A stretch of DNA of 64,000 bases from Flaccisagitta enflata. Its lineage: Eukaryota. The translations under genes were made by a program, and so were the position numbers. Each line of letters opens with the position of its first letter. Positions within the stretch are counted from its first letter, which is position 1. The stretch covers positions 18,042,001 to 18,106,000 of the forward strand of contig OZ231126.1 in NCBI GenBank assembly GCA_965153355.1, read 5' to 3'. Of this stretch, positions 40,766 through 53,557 are shown one piece after another. The notes under the pieces are model-generated. The model was not told the DNA's origin, did no database searches, and was given only the letters and a program-made list of their open reading frames with translations.

Positions 40766-43700
40766 GGCAGATTTGTAACCTGTGAGGACAGATTTTAGGC
40801 CTCAGTTGGCAGATTTGAAGCTTGTGAGGGAAGATATTATGCTTAAGAGGGCAAATTATGGGTCTGAAAGGGCAGATTTCAGGCTTGAGAGGGCAGAATT
40901 CAGGCCTTGGAGGGCTTATTCCAGATCTAGAAGGCTAGATTCTTAATGGGTGTGACCAAAATACAGACAAATGGATGGAAGGACGGATGAACCAACGAAA
41001 GTCTACTGAGTTCTACATGAGTTTGTACCCTTAGGGACCGCTGCCTATAAAGTATCAATTACCACATTGCCCTTAAGCACCTGGTTCCTTCTATTTGTTC
41101 ATCCCCCCTCCTCTGGTCAGCCTTCTTAGTCCTCAATTCAGCCTTCTCAAACCTCCATTCAGCCTTATCATACCTCAATTCAGCCCTTTCATACCTCAAA
41201 TCAGCACTGTCAAGCCTCTTATCGACCCTCTCTATTATCAAATCAGCCCTTTCCAAAGACTTATAGACTAACTGACAGACCAATAGATGAACTGACATAC
41301 ATATAATGACTTTTAAACTGATGTAAGGAGCGAAGAAGGCATCTAAAGTCAAAATAAGACTGTGAAAAAGGTGGTGGGAAAAATCGCCAAAATCACCATG
41401 ATATTGCTCATGTTTGACAAGTCAAAACTCAGCCAAAAAATTTGTGACAGTTTGAAAGAGCTCTGGTCAGCCTTCTTAGTCCTCAATTCAGCCTTCTCAA
41501 ACCTCGATTCAGCCTTATCATACCTCAATTCAGCCCTTTTGTACCTCAATTGACAATTCTGCCTTCCCAAGCTTCAAATCAGCACTGTCAAGCCTCTAAT
41601 CAACCCTCTCTTTTATCAAATCAGCCCTTTCCAAAGGCCAACAGACTGACTGACAGACTACAATGATGAACTGACATACATATAATGACTTTTAAACAGA
41701 TGTAAGGAGCGAAGGAGGTATCTAAAGTCAAAATAAGACTGAAAAAGATGGTGGGAAAATCGCTCCAAATCACCATGATATTGCCCATGTTTGACAAGTC
41801 AAATCTCAGCCATTTCTTAATGGATTCACAAAAAATTTGTGACAGTTTGAAAGAGCTTCAAAAATTCTTTAAAATGGGACCAATCTGGCAATTCTAGCTT
41901 AATTCGTTCAAAAGTTACAAGCAAAACAAGTAAATTGTTTCAAAAATGAGAAAAATTCCACAACCTGGAAAATTGTCCACAATCCCCATGAAATTGCTTA
42001 TGTTTGACAAGTTATATCTCAGTTGTTTTTGAATGGATTTACAAAAAATCGGTGACGGTTGGAAAGATCTTGAAAAGATCTTTAAAATGGGACCAATCTG
42101 GCATTTCTAGCTCGATTCGTTTAAAAGTTATAAGCAAAACAAGGTTGATTGTCCAAAAAATGGGAAATTCAATGACCTGTACTTCATGAAAGTAAAAAAT
42201 GTGAATATTTCAAAAAGCGCTCTGGGAAATTTTTTGCACTCATTTGCCATGGATTACACATGGGTTAGACCACCAGAAACCGTCATAAAAGTGGCAGTAC
42301 TCCTAGTTTAAAGTACAAGGTGCAAATACCGAGTAGTGAACAATGAATTTCCAAATCCATGAATCATTGAATACGCGGATTAATCAATGAGATGAGAGCA
42401 AAAAAAAATTACCAACAAAAAAAAATCTGTAAGACACAATGAAACATGTAAGACACAATGAAAAATATGCAGAAAATAGCCATTATCATAATGCTTATTC
42501 TTTATAAATTAGCAAATAGATTTCAAACTTGTAAAAAATGTTAAATAAAATAATTTTTTTATTTGTAGCTAACATTTCCAGACTTTTTTGATCACATCAA
42601 TATTACCGTTTGAGGAATAAGGTTCTGTAGAGCTTCATAAAAAGGGCAAGTCCAGGGACCCCTATTATGTTAGATCCTAAAATGTACATAGTACTTTAGA
42701 AAACACATATCTAGGCTTGCTTGAACCAATTTTAGGTGCGTATGAGAATGTCATAAAAAAATAGGCAAAATATGGCCATAATTAGTTAATTTTGGCTATT
42801 TTTTGCCCTAAAACCTATCTTTAACTTGGAAAAGAGCCTAGAAATTTTTAGGCGCCTAAAATAGACCCGAATTAGGCTGTATGTAAAAAATTTTGAGATT
42901 CTGACTGTTTCTAGATACTTAAATTTGATTCTGACTGTTTTTAGGTACTTAAATTTAAAAAAAAACATTGTTTTTGCAATTTTTTTTAAGAAAAAAAATA
43001 TTGTTACCCCCCTTATTGTTGACCGATTTTGACAAAATTTTTACTGGAGGTACTTGACATCATGGACTACCTTCATATAAGATTGTATTCAAATTGGAGC
43101 GCTGTAAGTACTGAAAATTACGTTCGAAATGAAAAAAATTGATAATTTGCATAAAAAATATGAAATTATCAATATTTAGCTTATTATAATAGATTTTGCA
43201 TAATTTTTTTTGTTTTGTAATCAAGAAGTAACATACTTACAAAAACTGTTTTCAAAAATGATTGAATTAGATGTAAATTTTTTGACCTTATTGAAAGCCA
43301 AATTTCTCGTGATCTTGCTCCGTGTCATAACTTGAAAAATAATCATCGTAGAAACCTCTGGTTGGCACCATTTGAAAGAAAAAAATAGCTTAGCTGTAAG
43401 TATCAAAAAAATATCACCCCAGCCCAAAAACTACCCAAAATTAAAAGTGGAAAACTTTATTTCTCCTCTACGTTTCAAAAAGTCGAATTACGTAATTCGA
43501 CTTTTTTTCAACAGTTATAAGTGATCTGAAGAATCGCTTGTACTCAAGGACATGGGAGAGTGATTTGATTTTTGGCTGAACATGGTTCACAACCACTGAA
43601 CATCCAATGTTGAGGCAGATGAGAGATAAAAAGAGAGAGAAAAGAAATTTTGACCATATGAAAACCATCACCGTTTGAAACCTCTGCAAATGATCTTTAC

Positions 43701-43995
43701 TGGTTAATCTGTAGATTTATTTGTTTAGAATGAGTAATCACAATTGACAAGAAGGTTTTGAAAAAGAGGTGTTCACTTTGAAAATATCTTACGTCGAAAC
43801 CATTTGAGATACTGACCTCAGTGACCTGGGACCGGTCTACAATGAAAGAAAATTCATAAAACATCTAAACAAAACAGCTCAAATAACTTTTTTCTTCTCT
43901 TTACTTTATGCAACTACAACTTTTAAATTCTTAACCACATTCTTGTGCCATTTCTTAATCAGTTAATGAATGGATTTTGCTTTGTCCTTTTTAAG

Positions 43996-44121
43996 GATTC
44001 GTCATCGGAAACGTTGGTCCCAAGTTCTGTATATGTACTACATTCTCTCCTTTCAACTTTCGGAAATGATCAAGAAGACCTCCCGTTGCTCATATTTGCC
44101 GGGGGCAACGCCTTGGCTAAG
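43996..44121 (+). CDS. chs: Chitin synthase exon (IRHRKRWSQVLYMYYILSF...)
   Basis: tttttaag|G ATT CGT CAT CGG AAA CGT TGG...CTA AG|gtgag; conserved RHRKRWSQ motif; phase-compatible with both neighbours. Confidence 0.95.
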
Positions 44122-44179
44122 GTGAGCTTGTTTACGTCATTCTTTATAAAGACTGAAATTTGAAGAAAAGCGCTCGTAA

Positions 44180-44341
44180 TTAGTCGCGGACACGCGACTC
44201 TACACCTTGCCGTGTCGGTCGGTCCGTCCGTCCGTCGGTCCGTCCGTCCGTCACATTTATGAATTGCGATCGGTTTTTGCATTACGGCTCCTGCCCAACC
44301 GTCCGCGACTGTATTGCCGTGTATCCGGCCTTGTTTTTTTT
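44180..44341 (+). mobile_element. Helentron/DINE-1-like element (family A)
   Basis: 5' hairpin agtcgcg-gaca-cgcgact, (GTCC/GTCG)n microsatellite and a conserved 3' end gccgtgtatccggccttgtttt in a T-run. Confidence 0.75.
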
Positions 44342-44899
44342 GGAAATCCAATATCCAACGTCCAATATCCCGAATTTTTTCTTTTTTTATCTTTTTCGGG
44401 CAGCGGCCCTATATGGGGAATTTTCTCCTCATTCTCCTCCTCCTTCTTCTCCGTACCCCCCCCCCTCATATCCTAGTTTCGAGCCCCAAGTCCCAGTCTC
44501 CAGGCCCAAATCTCAGTCTCCAGGCCCCAATCCCAGCCTCGAGGCCCAAATTCTAGCCAAAATCAAAGCCTAGAGGCCCAGAAATCAGCCCAAATCTCAG
44601 CCTCATGGTCCCAATCCCAGCCAATGTCCTATGTTTTTAGGTGCGACAAAGCACCTCTATAACTGGCTGTGTCCGTTGGTCGGTCGGTTGGTTGGGTAAC
44701 GCATTCGTTCGACGATCCACACGTCGCACCTTATTGGCCTACTTGGCCATGTTATGAATATAGTTAACTTTCGACCATTTCTGCACAATAATTAAAATCA
44801 ATTTCATGAATATTTCAGCAAACGTCTTTTTTGTTGCATACGACGAGATCTAAGTGTGCCTCATGTTCAACGCAAGCAGATTGATAATTTTCATTTATG

Positions 44900-44901
<2 letters not shown>

Positions 44902-44992
<91 letters not shown>
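44902..44992. repeat. (CA)n microsatellite
   Basis: Pure CA run. Confidence 0.98.
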
Positions 44993-44994
<2 letters not shown>

Positions 44995-45731
44995 TAGATA
45001 CAAAATTGAAATTTCCGTCATTCATTGCATCTTGAAAATCAAAGCCATGGGAATCCCTTCTAGTTCTACGATGATTTCCCTTGATTTAGAACAGACAGGA
45101 AATCTTCTCACTGTCACATCGGAAACACATCACAATTCACAAATGTTGAAAACTATGAGGAAAATTTTTATCAGAGGAGGTTGCATTGTCTAACTCGGGA
45201 AAAGAAGAAAGATAGAAACAGGAACAGACGGAGAGACATCACTTTGAGCAACAAGCAAATAACAACAAGCAACACTGAAATCACATAACACCATACACTG
45301 AATAAACAAAGCAAAAAAGGTCTTACACTGAAAAATATTTATTACAGACTCTCTCTCAGTATTGTAAATCTAGAGAAATTGACATTCCTGGAATACATTT
45401 TCGTGTAAACATTGTTCACTACTGTATATTGTATATAATACAAACTTGTATAATAACTGTGTCATGATATACCTGAGTGATGATCAAATGGGACACATAT
45501 GACTCACGTGTGTCTCCTACTGGACAGCAACACATTTACATTAGCCTAAGATCGCGCAGAGAGGAACGCAGAATCTGTAAAGAATTTATTTGATTAAAAC
45601 ATTCATTTATTGATGAGATAGCATTCATTGATTAAAGAATAACATTCATTCATAAAAAACATTCATTCGAAGCGGACGCATCATTGGCCATCTCGGCCTT
45701 GTTTTTTCATATGAACGTTTTCTCTCGGCAG

Positions 45732-46001
<270 letters not shown>

Positions 46002-46237
46002 CAGAGCGACAGAGCGACAGAGCGACAATAGGGCAGAGGTGTAGAGAAACAGACGGACAGATACAGAGAGGGACAGACAGAGAGATTTTAAAGTTTAAGA
46101 AGGGATTGTTTGACAGTACCTTCGACAGGCCCTCAATATATACCCATTACTATGTAAATATCATTCCTAAAACAACTGAGTGAGACAGATTAGGGAAAGC
46201 AATATCTGCCCTCATTCAGTAATTGTGCATTTTTAAG

Positions 46238-46385
46238 GTCCGTTGTGGTGGTATCAACTGTACGAGTACGCATTGGGTCATTGGCTCCAAAAGAGCGCGG
46301 AACACGTGTTAGGCAGCGTGTTGTGTGCCCCCGGATGCTTCTCTCTCTTCCGAGGCTCTGCACTCTCCGATGAAAACGTGATTCG
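46238..46385 (+). CDS. chs: Chitin synthase exon (GPLWWYQLYEYALGHWLQKSAEHVLGSVLCAPGCFSLFRGSAL)
   Basis: ttttaag|GT CCG...ATT CG|gtaaag; QxxEY and PGCFSLFR motifs. Confidence 0.97.
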
Positions 46386-46821
46386 GTAAAGGATATTTTG
46401 ATGGCTTTTGCGACGTAGTGGTGTCGCGATTCTGAGCTCTGTCGATCAATCCGCCCATCCATCCGTCCGTCCATCCAACTGTTTGTCCGTATCGTACGAG
46501 ACGATCAGTACAAAAGCTGCATTCGGAGTACTGCAGTTGTGTTGTGTTTGTGTATGAATGTGTGTCAGTATGTGTTTGTCTAGAAGAGAGGAGGGGTTGT
46601 ACGCTCATGTGGCCATGTCCACCCATCCGCGATGATATTTTAGCGGACGTTGTTGTTAGGTTTTGACATTTACTTTAAAATCTACCGAGTGCTTTCGTTA
46701 GTGGCTGAAATGGACCCATAGTTTCCCGTGAACGTTCGCGAGTATAAGATTAAACCATCTGGCTGTCCAATTGACAAAAGTAGCGTGAAAAAGTAGCTGA
46801 CAAACACGTTTTTGTGCAAAG

Positions 46822-46912
46822 GTGTTACACGCGTAACTCGGAAAAAGCGTCGCAGAGAATTCAGTTTGATCAAGGAGAAGACCGATGGCTTTCAACGCTC
46901 CTCATCCAGCAG
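46822..46912 (+). CDS. chs: Chitin synthase exon (…IQFDQGEDRWLSTLLIQQ)
   Basis: aaag|G TGT...CAG CAG|gtgt; catalytic GEDR motif. Confidence 0.96.
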
Positions 46913-46959
46913 GTGTGATAATTGATGGAATGGTCAAAGAAGACTGAAGAAAAAAAAGA

Positions 46960-46967
<8 letters not shown>

Positions 46968-47043
<76 letters not shown>
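46968..47043. repeat. (GA)n microsatellite
   Basis: GA run. Confidence 0.97.
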
Positions 47044-47044
<1 letters not shown>

Positions 47045-47346
47045 AAGGGAGCCATGCCAGAGAGAGCCAGAGAGAGCCAGAGGGAGAAATCCTCCATTAT
47101 GGGTCTTGATGTTTTTAAGTCTGGGTCTTTTCTATTTTGGTTATCTCTTGCTCCGCCTATGACTAAAGACCCTAATTTAGAACGAGCATAGATAAACTGA
47201 CACCAACGGCCAACTTACCAATGAGTAATATATTCTCGCTTATCCTCCAGTTTTCTTCTCCCCATACTGTTTCTGAAAGATAAGATGACAATCTAAGAAA
47301 AGAATAGAAGAAAAACGTCGTATAACTTTATGTATAAAGTTACAGT

Positions 47347-47362
47347 GAGAGAGAGAGAGAGA

Positions 47363-47445
<83 letters not shown>
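47347..47445. repeat. (GA)n microsatellite
   Basis: GA run. Confidence 0.97.
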
Positions 47446-47450
<5 letters not shown>

Positions 47451-48549
47451 GTTGATTTCGAGCAATCATGTTTCACTTAGTTTGCTCAATCTTGTTAAAT
47501 TGCGCGCGCGCCTGCGCATCTGAAAAAAAAGTAATAAAATCCGAAACTGAAATAGAATCCAAAGCTGCAAAGCTGAAATGAAATCAACAAAAGGGGATGT
47601 TTTTTCTGATGCGAACCAAATGGGGAACTTCGAGAGCTTCGTTGCACAACTTGAGCTTCCAAGATTAGCGTTTATTTCGCGAGTGCATAAAATGCGAGGG
47701 AGAAAAAAGAACAAGTGACGCGGGGTAACAATATCGTTGCGGACGGATGGGCAGGGGCATCCAACCCCCAACCTCACCCAAACAACACCCCTAACTGCAG
47801 CATCATAAATACGCGTTTTTTGCGTTTTCAACTCGAGCGTGACAACTCGAGCATGATGGACCAATGGACCAACGGATGGACGGAATAAGCTTCTTATAGA
47901 GTTGCGTATCCGCAACTTAAAAAAAAGTCATCCGAGGATTACACATGGTCATCGGTGCCCGATGCCCTGCGTGGAGTGACCAGCTGAAGAAGTGTAGTGA
48001 GAGCAGGGCAGTGGCCTCAAAGGGTCCATGTCCTGCAGGACACAGGGGTGAATTTCCTGACGTGATTTCAGGCCTCTGGGAACTAATTAAGGTTTTGAGG
48101 GTTGATTTATTACTAGGGGGGCAGGTATGAAGCATGAGGGATAACATGAGGGGTCTGAGGTCTCTTATGAGGTCAAAGCTGAGTTTAGGTTTGAAGCCTG
48201 AGGGGGCAAATTGGTAGGCTAAATCGAGACCTAAGAGGTCAGATTATAGGCTTAAGAGGACAAATTCGAGGGTAATTCAGAATGTAGATTGACTGGCACC
48301 AATGGCCAATTTACTTTTACATTTTCTTCCTGTCTCCTTTGTCCTACAGTGCGACTCATAAAAAAGGTTACAACTTTCAGTATAGTTTTATATACTTTAG
48401 ATTCAAGAAATCTTATTGTTATTCATGAGCATTTTAAAGAGCTTCAAAAAATAAACAATTTCCCATCAGTCAAAAGATCTTTCATTCTAGGCCAATCCCA
48501 GACTCCTAGCTTTATTTGTTTGGAAATGACATCTATTTGAAGTCAAATA

Positions 48550-49074
48550 CAGTAGGACCCCGCCTCATCGGTCCCAATGGGACTACAGATTTTTCACCTT
48601 TATCTCAGGTTTACCTTTAAAGAGAGGTAAAAAAACATTACCGTATTTTTTCCATTTATCGCCCCCCCTCCAATTAACGCCCCCCCCTTTCTTTCTGCTA
48701 CTCAGAATAATGATTTGAGGGAAGATGAAGAAGTGAATGACCATTGAAAGAGAAATGATTTTGCTTATTTCAGTGTCTATTATCAGGGATTGATTAGAAA
48801 ACAAGCAAAAAATATCACTCTGATACATTTAATATCACATTTCTGATATTCTAAATAGCATTCATTGTAAAAAACATAGGAAAAGAGAATGTTTATGAAT
48901 CAAAAGGGGGCGCTTATTGGAGGGTAAAATGACAATATTTTTTTCCAATTTCAAAAGCGCCCGGGGCGCTAATTAGAAAAAATACGGTAAATACTATCAT
49001 TTGGGACCTTAAAATGTTGACTTTTATTGATGGGGAACCTTTAAAGGCGGGGCTGTTATTGCGGGGTCCCACTG
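48550..49074. mobile_element. pogo/Tigger-like MITE (middle of the nest)
   Basis: TA-cagtaggaccccgc ... gcggggtcccactg-TA. Confidence 0.8.
48641..48987. mobile_element. MITE (innermost of the nest)
   Basis: TA-ccgtattttttccatttatcgcccc ... ggggcgctaattagaaaaaatacgg-TA. Confidence 0.8.
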
Positions 49075-49333
49075 TAGGTACATTTTGGTGTTGCGCCTTT
49101 TCAAAGTTGAAAATGAATACTCTTCAGTCTTTTCTTTACTGCGTCTAAACGAATTGAGCTAGAAATGTGAGATTGGCGGCAAATGAAAGCTCTTTTGAAT
49201 ATCTTTCAAATGATCTATGATTTCAATTGATTTCTTGCACCGCTAATGCTAAAAATCCAATAAAAAAGTTCCCTTATCAATACTTTTTGAGGAATTTATA
49301 TTTCAGACACAGATTTTGACACCACTATCTACT

Positions 49334-49981
49334 TTTGGGCAGCGAAGGGGCCGATGACCTATGCTTTCACACATAGGGGAAATTTCTCCTTCTCCTTCTT
49401 TTTCTCCTTCTTCTTCTCCTTCTTCTCTGTCCCCCCCCCCCCCTCAAGGCCCAAATCCTAGTCTCAAGACCCAAATCCTAGCTTCGAGCCTCAAATCCCC
49501 GCTTTGAAGCTCAAATCCCCGCTTTGAAGCTCAAATTCCAGCCTCGAGGCTCAAATCCCAGGCTAATATCCAAGCCTCGAGGCTCAAATCCCAGGCTAAT
49601 ATCCAAGCCTCAAGGCTCAAATCCCAGCCCTGAGGCTCAAATCCCAATCTCACGGCACAAATCCCAGCCTTGAAGCTCAAATCCCAGCCTCAAAGCTCGA
49701 ATCCCACCCATAAAGCTCAAATCCCAGCCTCGAAGCTCAAAACTCAGCGTCAAAGCTCAAATCCCAGCCTCAAAGCTCAAATTCCAGCCTCAAGGCCCTA
49801 ATCCAAGCCTCAAGGCCCCAATTGCAGCCTCCAGGCCCTAATTCCATCTTTGAGGCCCAAATAAAAACAGCATAGGTCATCGGCCCCTTTGGGGCTGCTG
49901 TCCCTCTAACCATCTCACACCCACAAACACTCACATAGGGGCAACGGGTACCGCTGACCATCTTACGCTTTTGCGACTATT
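49334..49981. mobile_element. Family B minisatellite-bearing element
   Basis: gggcagcgaaggggccgatgacctatgct; (gctcaaatcccagcctcaa)n core; ggggcaacgggtaccgctgaccatcttacgcttttgcgact end. Confidence 0.8.
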
Positions 49982-50371
49982 TATCATAGAATCTAAAATA
50001 ATTGATGAAAACTCATGGGATTTGTGACATTCGCTTCATTTGATGACAATCTTTCAAATTCTTACAAAAAAAATATTGAAAAGTCATTTTTTTCAAAAGA
50101 AATATCTTTTAGAACAGCTGTAACCTTTTTTATGGTTCGCAGTGTATGTCCAATTTCTCATATCTAAATTGTTGTGTCCAATATCAAGATCCGATTGATA
50201 TCACTTATGATTTTCAATATGGCTTGGTTTTAAACTTTTGATGCCGAACCTTCTACGTAACCAGGCCGGAAACGTGGCTACCCAAGTCGCGAGCGGGTTG
50301 GCAGGGGCAGGGGCTTGTGGAAATAGGCCTGACGTTAAGGAAATTCATATGTTTATATTCTTCATGCAAAG

Positions 50372-50576
50372 GGATGGCGAGTACAATACAATTACAACGC
50401 GGTTGCTTACACCAACGCGCCGAGCACCTTCGACGAATTCTTCAATCAACGTCGCCGATGGAGTCCTTCCACTTACGCCAACCTCCTCGACTTGCTGTCC
50501 AACTCCTCGGCCACATCCAAAAAGAACGAAAATATCTCTTGGGTCTACATGCTCTATCAGGGAACGATTCTTTTTG
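50372..50576 (+). CDS. chs: Chitin synthase exon (GWRVQY…FDEFFNQRRRWSPSTYANLLDLL…YMLYQG)
   Basis: aaag|GGA TGG...TTT G|gtaagt; diagnostic QRRRW motif. Confidence 0.97.
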
Positions 50577-50996
50577 GTAAGTATTAGCGCTGATAAGCAG
50601 GCCAAACGCTTAGTTCCACCAGATCTTATGCCCCGCTAACTTTGTCGGCTCTTTCATCGCATTTCATACTCTCCTTTAGCCTTCAGCTTTATATCTACCT
50701 TTACTATCTAAATTGGGAAGGATTAGGCGAGATTCTAGCTTGTTGAAGCGATGTTCAGACGATTTTTCGGAGAATCAAATGGATGAACAGACTACGGCAG
50801 ACAGACAGACTACGGCAGACAGACAGACAGACAGACAGACAGATTACAGATCCACTTTGCGCTCAAAATTGAATGGTTTCTCAGCATGCAGCATCCTCCG
50901 CACCTTTGACGATGAGATGAAAAGAGGGAGATAGAGAAGAGATAAGCAGAGTTCAATTCGACGGTTGATAAACGGCAAAATACAATAAATGATAAC

Positions 50997-51678
50997 TGGT
51001 CGCCCAAGGGCAATATGTGGTCAGCGATACCCGTTGCCCTGCTTTGAGTGATTGTGAATTGGAGTGAGGGGAAGCAGGGCAGCGGCTCCAAAGGGGAGGA
51101 AGTCCTGTAGAACACAGGGGGACTTTCGTTCGTCCTACCTAAAGAAGTGGATGAGATGCTATAGAGGGCTGACTGAAGGCATTCAAGAGCCTAAACTGAG
51201 GTCTAAGATGGCTGATATAAGGCCTGAGAATGCCAATTGGGAGCTTGAGAGGGCTGACTTGAGGCTTGAGAGAGCTGGATTAAGGCTTGAAAGGCTAGAG
51301 GACTGATTTGAAGCCTGAGAGGCCTAATATGAGGCATGAGAGGCCAGGTTGAAGGCCTGAGAATTTGGATTTGAGGCCTGAGAAGCCAGATTTGAGGCCT
51401 GAGAGGTCAGATTTGAGGCCTGAGAGGCCTGAGAGGCCAGATTTGAGGCCTAAGAGGCCAGATTTGAGGCCTAAGAGGCCAGATTTGAGGCCTCAGAGGC
51501 CAGATTTGAGGCCTGGGAGGCTGGATTTGAGACCTGAGAGAGCTGGATTTGAGAGGCCTGAGACCTAACTTTAGGCCTGAAGGGTCTGAGTGGGGGACTA
51601 TAACGGAAACGAACGGACGAACGAAAGTCCCCCTGTGTTCTACAGGACTTCGTCCCTTCGGGGCCTGCTGCCCAAAAA
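50997..51678. mobile_element. Family B minisatellite-bearing element
   Basis: ggtcgcccaagggcaatatgtggtcagcgatacccgttgccc; (gaggccagatttgaggcctaa)n core; inverse of 31221-31752. Confidence 0.8.
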
Positions 51679-52237
51679 AGCAGTCATGATGCCATCGATG
51701 ATCCATAGGCCGGTTGATCTTTTCCATCAAGGTAAATAAGGACTGGGCGAAAAGAAAAGAGTAAGAAATAAAAGAGTAAGAAATGAAGATGTAGCACGCA
51801 TAGCCTCTTTTCGAGAGATGGATGGACCGCGGACACAGATGTAGAATACGAGTTCAAAGCTTCGGACCGACCAACGAACGGAAAATACAACGCCTCTTAC
51901 TCTCAACATGTGCTTGGGCGCAACTGAAAATCTCCAATAAATCAATGTAAATAAAGGCTAGATTTGGTTTATTTTAAGAAAACAAATCGGAAATCTTTGC
52001 TGAAAAGATGGTTTACCCGTATTTTCACCCCAAAAATTTTTACCTTAAAAAATCTGAAAAAGAATATCATAACATGCTTTCAACCTCCAGGGCATCACAC
52101 AGACAATGCATTGATCCTTCTAAATGACTAGTAACCAAACTACAGCACGGTGGGAACAATAAGGGCAGTACAAAGAGGGCCTTCTATATTCTTACTGTTT
52201 GAAGGAAGAACCTAAAGCCTTTTTTTTTTCTGAAAGC

Positions 52238-52315
52238 TGATGGTTCAAGGTATTGAGTGAACATAAAATTCAACACTGATGGTTCAAGGTATTGAGTGAA
52301 TATAAAATTCAACAC
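52238..52315. repeat. 39-bp tandem duplication
   Basis: ctgatggttcaaggtattgagtgaaYataaaattcaaca twice. Confidence 0.9.
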
Positions 52316-53419
52316 CAAGTGATTCAAAACAAAACTGACAATTGATTTCGATTAATTGTACGCGACGCGATATCTCTGTTGGTAGAGCGCTGAACTTGAA
52401 AGAAACAATTTCATCTTTTCAGAATCACAGGTTCAATTTCAGAGAGGTGTTGCTCTTTTTATCTTTTCTACAGCTAGAGGTATGAAACTATATTCACTCG
52501 AAGCTCTTGTCCATCAGCTTTCAGAAAAACCTTAGTTCAAGCTACAACATTAAGATAGTGCAGCAGGAAATGACCCTCCATCGGAGGTTCTCATTGCTCC
52601 CATCGTACTGTAGACGATCCCCAAATTTCCAAGTCTTGACGACATCTACAGTGAACCGTGCCAATGACATGACAGTCGGACGGACTTGAGAGGAAAGAGA
52701 TAGAGAGAAAAGATAAAATGGCAAGGATAGAGAAGCCGCACAGGAAAGAAGTCAGAGGTTCAAAAAATTGAAATTCCAATCTCAAGGGAAAAATTCAAAT
52801 ACTCACATTGGTCAGCGTATCAAATAACATCAAGTAAACTGGAGAGAGTTTATTCAATAAATAACATATGCAAACAGGAATATCACAGAACTAGTGGGGG
52901 AGCGAAAGAGAGAAATAACAACGTACATGTACAATCGTACATGCAGCGCCGCGATACTAGAAAATTGATCGGAGCGTCTACTAGAAATAAAGATAATTTC
53001 GCGGGGAAAACAGAAGAAAGTCGACAGCGAGAAGTTCCCTTCCCATATCGTCATAGAGAAACGGCTGAAGATGATATGCACTATATACGGGTGAGAAATT
53101 GGAGGGGAGAAAATAGTGTTGAATTTACTTGACCGATTCATCGATTAAACAAATTTGAATCATGATTCGAATATCTCGCGCAGATTGAATCGCTCACAGA
53201 TTTATGATTTTGTTTTGCTTTGTAACATAAATTTTCAAATAAAGAAAAAGATGAAGCGCTTGACATGTAAAATGATTGCCTTTCTTTGGTTACGAACATT
53301 CGTCGGCGTCAGTGCGATTGCTCCAAATTGAGTTGACTAGAAGTAACATTTTGTCTCAAGTTAATAAATAATCTTGAATCTTCCGAATGGAGGAAACTTA
53401 ACTTCCGTGGTGTTACTGA

Positions 53420-53557
53420 CTAGACGTTAGAGGCGAATGCGGCGCCTCCTAGGGGAGAAAGGAGCGACGAAGGCGCGGTTGTTGACGGCGGTGACGACGG
53501 CAAAGAGCGAGAAAAATTGAACGGCTTCTTTTTCTTTTTTTGCGCGCCATCTTGCAT
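53420..53557 (-). CDS. Candidate terminal exon of the Ras-like gene (MQDGAQKKKKKPFNFSRSLPSSPP…ASNV*)
   Basis: ctcgcag acceptor in phase 0, matching the donor at 58313; GC-rich and polybasic; ends in TAG. The link to the Ras-like gene is inferred. Confidence 0.5.
   Translation of the reverse strand: MQDGAQKKKKKPFNFSRSLPSSPPSTTAPSSLLSPLGGAAFASNV

Larger units (their letters stand above)
37293..42338. mobile_element. ~5-kb non-autonomous foldback DNA transposon with CAC...GTG termini, 4-bp TSD (CMC/Chapaev-like) and >1-kb inverted arms
   Basis: aaca|cactagtctgtatttgcaccgtgtactttaaactagg ... cctagtttaaagtacaaggtgcaaataccgagtagtg|aaca. Arm 37293-38472 is inverted at ~40797-42338, and mirror ORFs occur at 37442-37627(-) and 42004-42189(+). 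Confidence 0.88.
48347..50144. mobile_element. Tc1/mariner-type non-autonomous element (outermost of a nest)
   Basis: TA-cagtgcgactcataaaaaaggttaca ... tgtaaccttttttatggttcgcagtg-TA. Confidence 0.8.

Noticed and set aside
52364-52453. tRNA-like sequence (tatctctgttggtagagcg … ggttcaatt)
   Set aside because: A/B-box-like motifs are present, but the T-stem and anticodon arm do not pair convincingly; at best a decayed tRNA or SINE head.
52540-52845. Possible small minus-strand exons (…VRPTVMSLARF…, YLMLFDTLTN)
   Set aside because: Splice-like signals exist, but there is no consistent frame or recognisable protein; may be UTR or chance.
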